Assembly (NCBI GenBank): GCA_965246715.1
Contig: CBDFFH010000021.1
Coordinates: 142,558-206,557, forward strand
Source of the DNA: Chamaesiphon sp.
GTDB lineage: Bacteria; Cyanobacteriota; Cyanobacteriia; Cyanobacteriales; Chamaesiphonaceae
DNA: 64,000 bases
Reading direction: 5' to 3'
A model generated the notes under the pieces. It saw only the letters and a list, made by a program, of their open reading frames with translations, was not told where the DNA came from and did no database searches. This document shows positions 9,999-18,881 of this stretch, one piece after another. Position 1 is the first letter of the stretch. Every line of letters begins with the position of its first letter. The position numbers and the translations under genes were made by a program.

Positions 9999-11003
9999 GT
10001 GGATGATGGGCGGAAGGTGCGGGCGGCGGCGGTGCAGATTAGTCCGGTGTTATTTAGTCGAGAGGGGACGACTGAAAAGGTGTTGAAGGCGATCGCTGAT
10101 GCGGCTCTAGAGGGGGCGGAATTGGTGGTTTTTCCGGAGACATTTATTCCTTACTATCCTTACTTCTCATTCATTCAGCCGCCCGTGTTGATGGGTAAAG
10201 AGCATATGCGGCTGTATGAGGAAGCGGTGGAAGTGCCTAGTGCGGTTACGGAGGCTGTGAGTGAGGCTGCTCGATCGCATCAGATCGTCGTCGTGTTGGG
10301 GATTAACGAACGCGATCGGGGTTCGATTTACAACACCCAATTGATTTTCGATGCCGATGGGACACTCCTCCTCAAGCGACGCAAAATCACGCCTACCTTC
10401 CACGAGCGGATGGTGTGGGGACAAGGTGATGGAGCGGGATTGAAAGTAGTGGATACAGCCGTCGGCAAACTGGGTGCCCTAGCCTGTTGGGAGCATTACA
10501 ATCCCCTCGCGCGGTTTGCACTGATGGCGCAGCACGAACAAATTCACTGCGGCCAATTCCCCGGATCGATGGTCGGTCAAATCTTCGCCGACCAAATCGA
10601 AGTTACCATCCGCCATCATGCCCTCGAAGCAGGTTGTTTTGTCGTCAACGCCACAGGTTGGCTCTTACCCGAACAGGTGAGTCAAATTACCCCCGATGAA
10701 AAACTCCAAAAAGTTCTCAGCGGTGGCTGCCACACCGCCATTATCAGCCCTGAAGGAAGTCATCTGTGTCCGCCAATTACCGAAGGCGAAGGCATCGCGA
10801 TCGCCGATCTAGATTTCTCCCTCATCACCAAACGCAAACGAATGATGGATTGCGTCGGACACTACTCCCGCCCCGATCTCCTGCAATTGCAATTGAATCC
10901 TCGTCAGTGGGAAGTGATGCAAAATCTCGCGATCGTACCCAATCTCGCACCAAATCCCGACCCACCCCGCCCTATCGGGCACCCCTCCGAGGAGGGGAAT
11001 TGA
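9999..11003 (+). CDS. nitC: Nit6803/Sll0784 family nitrilase
   Basis: Catalytic triad motifs FPET, RRKITPT and ACWEH; GHYSRPD. Confidence 0.95.
   Translation: MDDGRKVRAAAVQISPVLFSREGTTEKVLKAIADAALEGAELVVFPETFIPYYPYFSFIQPPVLMGKEHMRLYEEAVEVPSAVTEAVSEAARSHQIVVVLGINERDRGSIYNTQLIFDADGTLLLKRRKITPTFHERMVWGQGDGAGLKVVDTAVGKLGALACWEHYNPLARFALMAQHEQIHCGQFPGSMVGQIFADQIEVTIRHHALEAGCFVVNATGWLLPEQVSQITPDEKLQKVLSGGCHTAIISPEGSHLCPPITEGEGIAIADLDFSLITKRKRMMDCVGHYSRPDLLQLQLNPRQWEVMQNLAIVPNLAPNPDPPRPIGHPSEEGN
10960..11001 (+). repeat. Short dispersed repeat, second copy at 31010-31050
   Basis: ACCCACCCCGCC...GGCACCCCTCCGAGGAGGGGAATT is found at both sites. Confidence 0.85.
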
Positions 11004-11019
11004 GAGTGAGTTCGATCGA

Positions 11020-11047
11020 TTTTGGATTTTGGATTTTGGATTTTGGA
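11020..11047 (+). repeat. Heptamer tandem repeat (TTTTGGA)4
   Basis: Directly visible; a shorter run occurs at ~1809-1823. Confidence 0.85.
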
Positions 11048-11077
11048 TCGTTGCTATCCTTTCAGGACTGAAGCTGT

Positions 11078-11265
11078 AAAGTCAAATCGCAACACCCTAC
11101 CAGCAACCAACTGGACACACTAATGCGAAGCGCGCCCCGCTGCCCACAAACCAACCCTTGTGCAGGGGAGTTTGAGGGGCGGCACTCCGCTCCTCAACGG
11201 GGGGTCTGGGGGAAGCCTCCCCCAGATCCGGGTTCTACCCACCAACAATTAACAGGAAAGCACCA
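11078..11265 (-). repeat. ~190-bp dispersed element, copy 2 (inverted)
   Basis: Reverse complement of 9651-9841. Confidence 0.9.
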
Positions 11266-11316
11266 GTCGAAATTCCACCCCACCAGCAACCTAAAACCAA
11301 GCACCAATCCGAACAC

Positions 11317-12384
11317 ATGAACAAAAAACAACTAATCACCGAACTCCAATCCAAAGGATTAAAACTAATCGAAACCACCGGAGTATCCGGCAGAAAAGGC
11401 GGCGCAGGCCCCTCCGACCACAAAGCCATCACCCTCGACGGCACCACCATCATGGTACCCATCTACACCGAAACCGCCACCCACTCCCCCTACACCGCCA
11501 CCCCCACCACCCTCAAACTCCCCAACAACCACACCATCCCGATCGAATTCCCCACCACCCCCAACTTCTACCACCTCAGCACCGCCGACGGCATCCCCTA
11601 CTGGAAAATCGCCCTCCTTCACAGCCACGACGTACTCGCCACCACCGTCCAGCAAACCTGTATGCGCTACCGCAACCCCGACACAGTTTGCCAATTTTGC
11701 GCGATCGAACAATCCCTCACCGCCGATCGCACCATCGCCCGTAAAACCCCCGCTCAACTTGCCGAAGTCGCCGCCGCAGCAGTCAACCTCGACGGCATCA
11801 AACACATGGTCATGACCAGCGGTACCCCCAATACCAGCGATCGCGGTGCCGCCTACCTCGCTGAATGCGCCCAAGCCATCAAACAACGAGTCGATCTCCC
11901 CATCCAAGCCCAATGCGAACCTCCCGATGACTTTAGCTGGTTCCAGAAACTCAAAGATGCTGGCGTAGACAGCCTCGGAATGCACCTCGAAGCCATTACC
12001 CCCGCCGTCCGCGCCAACATCATGCCCGGAAAAGCCGACGTACCTGTCGAGTATTACTTCCAAGCCTTTGTCGCCGCCGTCGAAGTCTTTGGACGGGGAC
12101 AAGTCAGCACCTATCTCCTCGCTGGATTGGGCGACACCTTAGAAGCCTTGGTGGCAGGTTGCGATCGATTAATCCAAATTGGCGTTTATCCCTTTGTCGT
12201 ACCCTTCGTCCCAATTACTGGAACTCCATTAGAGCATCATCCAGCACCGAGCAGTGAGTTTATGTATGACCTCTATCAACAAGTTGGCGCATTGCTCGCG
12301 CGATCGAAGATGTCATCTAAAGACATCAAGGCTGGCTGTGGCAAATGTGGCGCTTGTTCCGCTCTATCTAATTTTGAAGATTGA
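11317..12384 (+). CDS. nitD: MSMEG_0568/Sll0785 family radical SAM protein
   Basis: GRKGGAGPSDHKA, variant C-x8-CxxC (QTCMRYRNPDTVCQFC) and C-terminal CGKCGACS. Confidence 0.92.
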   Translation: MNKKQLITELQSKGLKLIETTGVSGRKGGAGPSDHKAITLDGTTIMVPIYTETATHSPYTATPTTLKLPNNHTIPIEFPTTPNFYHLSTADGIPYWKIALLHSHDVLATTVQQTCMRYRNPDTVCQFCAIEQSLTADRTIARKTPAQLAEVAAAAVNLDGIKHMVMTSGTPNTSDRGAAYLAECAQAIKQRVDLPIQAQCEPPDDFSWFQKLKDAGVDSLGMHLEAITPAVRANIMPGKADVPVEYYFQAFVAAVEVFGRGQVSTYLLAGLGDTLEALVAGCDRLIQIGVYPFVVPFVPITGTPLEHHPAPSSEFMYDLYQQVGALLARSKMSSKDIKAGCGKCGACSALSNFED

Positions 12385-12411
12385 TAAACTCTATTTAATA
12401 TCCAGCCAAGC

Positions 12412-12918
12412 ATGTCCGACTATCTATTTAAACTAGCCAAAACTCAACCGGAAATATCTGCATATTTCGATCTTCGTCACAAAATATTTGTTGAAGAACA
12501 GGGTGTGTTTAAAGGAAATGATGTTGACTCGATCGATGAAATTTCTCATCCCATTATTGCCGTCGAACCTGATGCGACAGCTCTCGAAGTTCTGGGTGTC
12601 GTCCGCATATATGAAGCCGAACCGAGACTGTGGTATGGCGGTAGATTGGGTACTCATCCCGATCGCCGCAAAGGTTGGCAAATCGGTAAAGGATTGATTT
12701 ATAAGGCAGTCACTACCGCGAACACTTGGGGCTGCGATCGATTCCTCGCTACCGTCCAAATCCAAAATGTCCGCTTCTTCCAACGCTTACATTGGGACTC
12801 GATCGAAGAAATCGAAATCCACGATATCGCTCATCATCTCATGCAAGCAGATTTAAACTATTACCCAGCAGGTAATGAGATTCGACCGAGATTGTTAGAA
12901 TATGGTCGAGCATCTTGA
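12412..12918 (+). CDS. nitE: MSMEG_0567/Sll0786 family GNAT-like protein
   Basis: LRHKIFVEEQG, WYGGRLG, GCDRFLATVQ..N..FF..LHW. Confidence 0.9.
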   Translation: MSDYLFKLAKTQPEISAYFDLRHKIFVEEQGVFKGNDVDSIDEISHPIIAVEPDATALEVLGVVRIYEAEPRLWYGGRLGTHPDRRKGWQIGKGLIYKAVTTANTWGCDRFLATVQIQNVRFFQRLHWDSIEEIEIHDIAHHLMQADLNYYPAGNEIRPRLLEYGRAS

Positions 12919-13018
12919 CTCGATTGTAGTCCGAATCTAAATTGGCAAAGGAATAGAGATTTATTATTAAGCTAATTAAAAAACTTGCAAAAACTAAGCG
13001 CTCTGCAACCGCAGTATT

Positions 13019-13666
13019 TTAATAGCTTATTTCGATTAACATTGCATTTCCGTGCCTCACAGCATATTGATAGTATTTAACCATCTCTCTATAGTAATCT
13101 GTTAACCAATCTTCTATATCTTCTGGATCTTCCCAGTCAAACCAATCATCAAATCCATCTAAATCAGATACTCTATGACAACGAGATCGAAAACCTGATT
13201 CTGATATCCATATCAGACCATCTAAAATTTTACCAACTTCTTCAGGCGTTTGGTACCAACAACAATCTTCTTCTTGCCCAATCCCCATACCCACATTAAT
13301 TGCATTGACTAATGGCAAACCATCCCACTCTGACTCCTCGATAATAAGGAAATTCATATAACGATCTTTTTGCATCAAATCCTGGCGAGATTGTAGCTCT
13401 GGGAGTGCTAAATGTCTTTCAGAATAATCTTCAAGATATCCACCCAGTAAGTAGGTCATCTCTGGATAATATTTGTGCAAATCTAGATCTGGAGTTTCCC
13501 ATTCATCAATAAATCGATCGACATAAGTAGACACAACGAATGATGAGTTCACTGCCGATTTAGTCAGATATTGAGAATCATAGAATAACCTTACCTGTTT
13601 TGGCTCTTGCTTTAAAATTTCCAGCATAGATGCTGAAATCATTTTTAGATGAAGAGTGACTCCCAT
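13019..13666 (-). CDS. DUF1877/YfbM-like acidic protein, antisense within the Nit1C cluster
   Basis: MG...L; LDLHK; Y.TPEEV..I; C-terminal YY..AV..GNAMLI. Confidence 0.7.
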   Translation of the reverse strand: MGVTLHLKMISASMLEILKQEPKQVRLFYDSQYLTKSAVNSSFVVSTYVDRFIDEWETPDLDLHKYYPEMTYLLGGYLEDYSERHLALPELQSRQDLMQKDRYMNFLIIEESEWDGLPLVNAINVGMGIGQEEDCCWYQTPEEVGKILDGLIWISESGFRSRCHRVSDLDGFDDWFDWEDPEDIEDWLTDYYREMVKYYQYAVRHGNAMLIEISY

Positions 13667-13757
13667 ATCATTAATAGATCGTTGACAACTTTAACTAGAG
13701 TACCCAATATATGGATTTGAATTCAAACATTTTTTAAATTGGGAATTAACGATCGAT

Positions 13758-14714
13758 ATGGAACTCAATTTATTAGCCCAAACTCTCAAAAAATCGCTAG
13801 GTATAACTCACAAACAAGATATTCAAATCATCGCCCGATTCCTCACCGAGGCAAATCCCACCACTAAAATCCTACTGGGCGATGATTGTGCGGCGATTCC
13901 CGATGGTGACAGCTATCTCCTCCTCGCTGCCGAAGGTATGATGCCGTTTTTGGTCGAGTCCGATCCGTGGTTTGCTGGCTGGAGTGCCGTCATGGTTAAT
14001 GTTAGCGATATCTATGCAATGGGTGGTAGACCGATCGCGGTTGTCGATACACTGTGGAGCAATAACCCAGAGATCTCGCAGCAACTTTTAGCGGGAATGA
14101 ATGCCGCAGCCCAGGCATATCGAGTCCCGATCGTCGGCGGACACACCAATGGACATAGCGAATATCACGCCCTCGCTGTTGCCATTCTGGGACGCGCTCA
14201 GCGGCTGATTTCCAGCTTCGATGCCCAACCTGGCGATCGATTGATTGCCGCGATCGATTTACGTGGACGACAACACCCCAAATATCCTTTCTGGAATGCC
14301 GCTACGATAACAGATCCCTCGCGCCTCAGAGCCGACCTCGAACTGTTGCCAGAATTAGCTGAAAATGGTCTGTGCGATGCGGGAAAGGATATCAGCATGG
14401 GAGGAATCATTGGCACCACTTTGATGTTATTAGAAACCTGTGGTTGTGGGGCGGTATTAAATCTCGATCGCGTGCCAATCCCGCCAGATATTCCACTCGA
14501 TCGCTGGTTGGTGAGTTTTCCGAGTTATGGCTTTTTATTAAGCGTTCGCCCACAGAGAGTAACTAAGGTGATGCAGCTGTTTCTCGATCGACAAATTACC
14601 TGTGCAGACATCGGTGAAATTCAAGACCATTCTCAACTTATTCTCCAATCCGAAGGAGAATCGACAATATTTTGGGATTTCACACAGGAGCAGTTAACCG
14701 GATTTTCCTGCTGA
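13758..14714 (+). CDS. nitF: Sll0787 family AIR synthase-like protein
   Basis: GDDCAAIPD, NVSDIYAMGGRP, GGHTN, KDISMGG. Confidence 0.92.
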   Translation: MELNLLAQTLKKSLGITHKQDIQIIARFLTEANPTTKILLGDDCAAIPDGDSYLLLAAEGMMPFLVESDPWFAGWSAVMVNVSDIYAMGGRPIAVVDTLWSNNPEISQQLLAGMNAAAQAYRVPIVGGHTNGHSEYHALAVAILGRAQRLISSFDAQPGDRLIAAIDLRGRQHPKYPFWNAATITDPSRLRADLELLPELAENGLCDAGKDISMGGIIGTTLMLLETCGCGAVLNLDRVPIPPDIPLDRWLVSFPSYGFLLSVRPQRVTKVMQLFLDRQITCADIGEIQDHSQLILQSEGESTIFWDFTQEQLTGFSC

Positions 14715-14718
14715 TAAT

Positions 14719-15873
14719 ATGATTCTACCCTTGCGAATCGCTCTATTCGTTTATTCCACCCAACCTAGAGGTGGAGTCGTCCACACCTTAGAATTAGCTG
14801 AAGCGCTCCATAAACTCGGTCATCAGGTTAGTGTCTATGCCCTAGCTAAAGACGGCAAAGGTTTCGGGCAGGAGGTTAGCGTGGAAACTCATCTCATTCC
14901 CGCTGAGCCAGTCAATGGCGATATTGACACCCTCATTCGCCAACGCATTCAAGAATTTGTCGATTATTTGAACGATGCACACCTTCCGGCTCATTCGTAC
15001 GATTGTTATCACGCCCAAGATTGTATCAGTGCTAATGCGTTGGCGAGCCTCCGATCGCGTCATCAAATCCCCCATTTCATCCGCACTGTTCATCACATTG
15101 AAGCATTCAACAGTCCATATTTACAAACCTGTCAAGACCGATCGATTCGCGAACCGGATTTATGTTTGTGTGTGAGCGAATATTGGCAACAACAGCTACA
15201 GCAAGACTATCGCATCGATGCTAAAAGAGTAATAAATGGAGTTAATCTCGATCGCTTTTCTTCAATTCCAAACGCTACCGAATCACAATTAAAACAAACG
15301 CTAGAACTAAATGGTAATCCAATTTATCTAACCGTCGGTGGCATCGAACCTCGGAAGAACTCGATCGCGTTACTGCAAGCTTTCGCTCGTGTTTTACAAA
15401 AGTTTCCCCCAGCACAACTCGTCATCGCTGGCGGAGCTACCCTCTTCGATTATCAATCCTATCGCACCGAATTTTTAGAGATCGCCGATCGATTAAAGAT
15501 CGTCATCGGACAGGCACTAATTTTGCCGGGAGTCCTCTCTAATAGCGAATTATCCACCCTCTACCATACTGCTGATGCATTTGTTTTTCCATCCATCACT
15601 GAAGGCTGGGGAATGGTAATTTTGGAAGCAATCGCTGCTGGATTGCCTGTGATTACTTCCGATCGTTCACCCTTTACTGAATTTCTCACCCCCCAACAAG
15701 CCCTACTTGTCGATCCTCGATCGATCGAAGATATCGCCCAAGCAATGATTGATATTACTCAACCAGATCTTGCCCACAGTCTCATCCACAACAGCCGATC
15801 GATTTGTACCGATTACAGTTGGGAAACGTCTGCTAAAATGCACCTTAATTATTATCGATCGGCAATCGTCTAA
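14719..15873 (+). CDS. MSMEG_0565 family glycosyltransferase (GT4)
   Basis: YSTQPRGGVVHTLELAEAL, GGIEPRKN, FPSITEGWGMVILEA. Confidence 0.9.
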   Translation: MILPLRIALFVYSTQPRGGVVHTLELAEALHKLGHQVSVYALAKDGKGFGQEVSVETHLIPAEPVNGDIDTLIRQRIQEFVDYLNDAHLPAHSYDCYHAQDCISANALASLRSRHQIPHFIRTVHHIEAFNSPYLQTCQDRSIREPDLCLCVSEYWQQQLQQDYRIDAKRVINGVNLDRFSSIPNATESQLKQTLELNGNPIYLTVGGIEPRKNSIALLQAFARVLQKFPPAQLVIAGGATLFDYQSYRTEFLEIADRLKIVIGQALILPGVLSNSELSTLYHTADAFVFPSITEGWGMVILEAIAAGLPVITSDRSPFTEFLTPQQALLVDPRSIEDIAQAMIDITQPDLAHSLIHNSRSICTDYSWETSAKMHLNYYRSAIV

Positions 15874-16033
15874 GATGTCCAAAAAGTGGACAGCGGTTGA
15901 AACCGCCGCTAGTGATGCGAAGTCCGCCTACGCGGACTAACAGTTTCTTTAACCTGCGTAGGCAGGTTTTGCAAATGTAGCGGCGATTTTAATCGCTGGG
16001 CTACCAAAGATTGGACTTTTCAGATATCCTCTA
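15872..16033. repeat. MITE-like element with an internal palindromic dispersed repeat
   Basis: Ends AAGATGTCCAAAAAGT / ACTTTTCAGATATCCT; internal arms AAACCGCCGCTA/TAGCGGCGATTT and paired hairpins. Confidence 0.55.
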
Positions 16034-16137
16034 AAATAACTACTAAAATAAATAATTTACGAAGCTAAAATAAGATCGGGATTAAACATATGTTTTGCTA
16101 CTCTACAAAATTGTTACTATTCCCTCACCCCTAAATT

Positions 16138-16425
16138 ATGCCAGAAATTCGCTTTAAAATTCAATGGCCTGATGGTTCGCAAGAAACCTGTTATTCACCT
16201 TCGCTGATTGTCAAAGAATATTTTGATCCAGATCGAGAGTATCCATTAGCAGATTTTGTCGCTCGATCGCGGACTGCGTTGAATATTGCTAGCGATCGAG
16301 TTTTAGCAAAATATGGTAGAGCTTGTGGACTAGCGCTCGGACAAATAGCGACGATCGAATCTACAGCCGATCGATTTAGTTCGCAGCCAAAACCACTCGT
16401 GCGTGTAATCGAATTTATTGAATGA
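16138..16425 (+). CDS. nitG: MSMEG_0570 family nitrogen starvation response protein
   Basis: MPE..F.I.WPDG..E.CYSPSL...; ASDRV.AKYG..C. Confidence 0.9.
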   Translation: MPEIRFKIQWPDGSQETCYSPSLIVKEYFDPDREYPLADFVARSRTALNIASDRVLAKYGRACGLALGQIATIESTADRFSSQPKPLVRVIEFIE

Positions 16426-16558
16426 AAAACTATTTAGGATTACCATAAAGATTAGAAGCCCGCAAATAATCCTCAAATATTTACTATGACTAGCCACTAG
16501 TCACTAAAACAATCAGCCATAACTCGATTTAGATGTCGAACAGCTTATTAAATTAACT

Positions 16559-17185
16559 ATGATAGAATTTTACTACTGGGCAACACCTAACGGTCATAAA
16601 ATTACAATTTTTCTCGAAGAAGCAGAGTTAGAATATCAGATCTTTCCCATTGATATCCGGGCCGGAAAACAATTCGATCCGGACTTTCTGAAGATCGCAC
16701 CCAATAATCGGATTCCGGCAATTATCGATCGCCAGCCGCAAGACGGCGGCGAACCAATTTCGGTATTTGAATCGGGGGCGATCCTGCAATATCTAGCTGA
16801 GAAAACTGGCAAGTTTCTCCCGACAAATATTCGAGATCGATTGGTAGCTATGGAATGGTTATTTTGGCAAATGGGTGGATTAGGCCCGATGGCGGGACAA
16901 AATCATCACTTCGGACAATATGCCCCAGAAAAAATTCCCTATGCGATCGAACGCTATGTGAAGGAAACCGCTCGTCTTTATGGCGTGCTAAATCGTCAAT
17001 TAGCAGGGAAAGATTACATAGCGGGTGAATATTCGATCTCGGATATGGCTTGCTATCCGTGGATCGTACCCCATGAAAAGCAGCAACAAAATCTTGCTGA
17101 TTTTCCCGATCTTCAACGCTGGTTTGAGATAATGCAGCAGCGTCCGGCGGTAATTCGGGCTTACGAACGAGCAAAGTCATCTTAG
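16559..17185 (+). CDS. Glutathione S-transferase, YfcG-like
   Basis: TPNGHK, PNNRIPAI, FESGAIL, GLGPMAGQNHHF. Confidence 0.93.
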   Translation: MIEFYYWATPNGHKITIFLEEAELEYQIFPIDIRAGKQFDPDFLKIAPNNRIPAIIDRQPQDGGEPISVFESGAILQYLAEKTGKFLPTNIRDRLVAMEWLFWQMGGLGPMAGQNHHFGQYAPEKIPYAIERYVKETARLYGVLNRQLAGKDYIAGEYSISDMACYPWIVPHEKQQQNLADFPDLQRWFEIMQQRPAVIRAYERAKSS

Positions 17186-17198
17186 TCCTCCTTGGTCA

Positions 17199-17915
17199 TC
17201 AATGCGATCGAACAACTGCTTCATCAAAAAATTTAGTTACCCGATCTAACTCCAGATCGGCAAAAGCATCGATCGTCCAATTCGCTCGACGTTGTAGCAT
17301 GTGAAACGGATAGGTATTGGCGATCGCGACTACCTGGATTCCGGCTGATTTAGCTGATTGAATTCCTGCAAAAGTATCTTCGATCGCCAGACATTCGCTT
17401 GGTAATAGATTTAATTCGGGATTTAATTGATTGAGCATATTTACTGCTAGTAAATAGCCCTCTGGATCTGGCTTACTGGCGTTGATATCATCGCCAGTGA
17501 TGACAGCCTCAAAATAGCGATTGATTTCAGCTTGTTTCAATACTAGCTCTGCTTCCGATCGCACCGAACCAGTAACTACTGCTAGCTTATAACTACTGGC
17601 GTGCATTTTTTCGATAAACTGAATAACTTCGGGATAAATGGGTAAGGTGACTAATTGTTGTAATCGCTGGCGATAGATACTTGCTTTTTTGATAACTAGT
17701 TTATCTAGATACTCATCAGTTACAAACCGCCCGCACGAATTTAAGATTTCCCGCAGACAGGAGCGATCGCTCCGACCCACAGACATTTTCCATAGTTCCT
17801 TACCTTGTAATGATAAGTTTTCAGCTAGCAATAGCTCTTCAAGTGCTTGGTGATGAATTGATTCATCATTAATAATCACTCCATTGAAATCGAATAAAAC
17901 TGCTTTTAGAACCAC
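17199..17915 (-). CDS. HAD family phosphatase
   Basis: FDFNGV, KPDPEGY, IEDT..GI..A. Confidence 0.9.
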   Translation of the reverse strand: MVLKAVLFDFNGVIINDESIHHQALEELLLAENLSLQGKELWKMSVGRSDRSCLREILNSCGRFVTDEYLDKLVIKKASIYRQRLQQLVTLPIYPEVIQFIEKMHASSYKLAVVTGSVRSEAELVLKQAEINRYFEAVITGDDINASKPDPEGYLLAVNMLNQLNPELNLLPSECLAIEDTFAGIQSAKSAGIQVVAIANTYPFHMLQRRANWTIDAFADLELDRVTKFFDEAVVRSH

Positions 17916-17982
17916 GGAAAATTATGAGTTATGAGTTAGGAATAGATCTAGCGTGAGCCATTAGATATTTACACAATTTAAA

Positions 17983-18777
17983 TTACGATTTAATTCCACT
18001 AGTAACTTGGTTAAGCCAAAATACATCTTTGGTACGAACTTCATCAAAGCCAGCTTTACCCATCCAGGCATCGAGATTGCCAGCAGCATATGCCTGAATG
18101 TACGGCTCCTCAAACACATTATTCAACCACTCCAGATTGCGGAGTGTGCCCTGATTGCCATCGAGAATCAGGATTTGTCCGCCTGGAGCGAGCAATCGAT
18201 AGCTTTCCGCAAGAATTGCTTGCGTAATCGCTGGGGGCGTTTCGTGGAACAACAGCGCTGCAGTTACTAGATCGAAACTTGCAGGGGCGAATGGAGTTGC
18301 TTCAGCGGTGCCTTGCTCCCAAACGATTTCCAGATGAGCCTGCTGCGCTTTATCGCGGGCGACTGCCAACATGTAAGGAGATAAGTCTAAACCCGTCACG
18401 GTGGCAGTGGGAAAGGCTTGTTTGATTAAAAGGGTAGTCGAACCAGTTCCACAGCCCAAATCGAGAATTTGCTGTGGTTGGGCGCGAATCTCTGTAACCA
18501 AGCTCTGACGTACCCAAGATTCGAATGGCGGTAACACGTACTGAGTAATCGGATCGTAGGTAATCGCGGCTGTTTGAGTGAGATACCCACCTTCGATCCC
18601 GTGAAAGTTTTGCGTATGATAGTAGTCAGGGTAACTCGATTTTGACACTCGATCGGTTGAGATTTCACGCTCCCAGTCAATGCGATCGCGCAGTTTGAGA
18701 ATTTGCTCTCGATCGATTAATCCCTGGATCAAGGGTGAAAGAAACCGATCCCACAGGGTATCTTGTTTGACAGCCAT
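17983..18777 (-). CDS. Class I SAM-dependent methyltransferase
   Basis: ILDLGCGTG, GLDLSPYML, LFHE, LAPGG. Confidence 0.9.
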   Translation of the reverse strand: MAVKQDTLWDRFLSPLIQGLIDREQILKLRDRIDWEREISTDRVSKSSYPDYYHTQNFHGIEGGYLTQTAAITYDPITQYVLPPFESWVRQSLVTEIRAQPQQILDLGCGTGSTTLLIKQAFPTATVTGLDLSPYMLAVARDKAQQAHLEIVWEQGTAEATPFAPASFDLVTAALLFHETPPAITQAILAESYRLLAPGGQILILDGNQGTLRNLEWLNNVFEEPYIQAYAAGNLDAWMGKAGFDEVRTKDVFWLNQVTSGIKS

Positions 18778-18881
18778 AATTAAATCGATTGAAGAGTTGG
18801 CACCTATGTCATATTGTAGGCAATTTTCTTTGGTTGTAGCCTGGAGAGTCGCAAAATCGAGTTGTAGTTAATTAGTAGTTT

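Noticed and set aside
11365..12102. 245-aa Gly/Val-rich antisense ORF, and likewise 9130-9588 and 51226-51855
   Set aside because: By-products of extreme codon skew in the real genes; no independent coding signal
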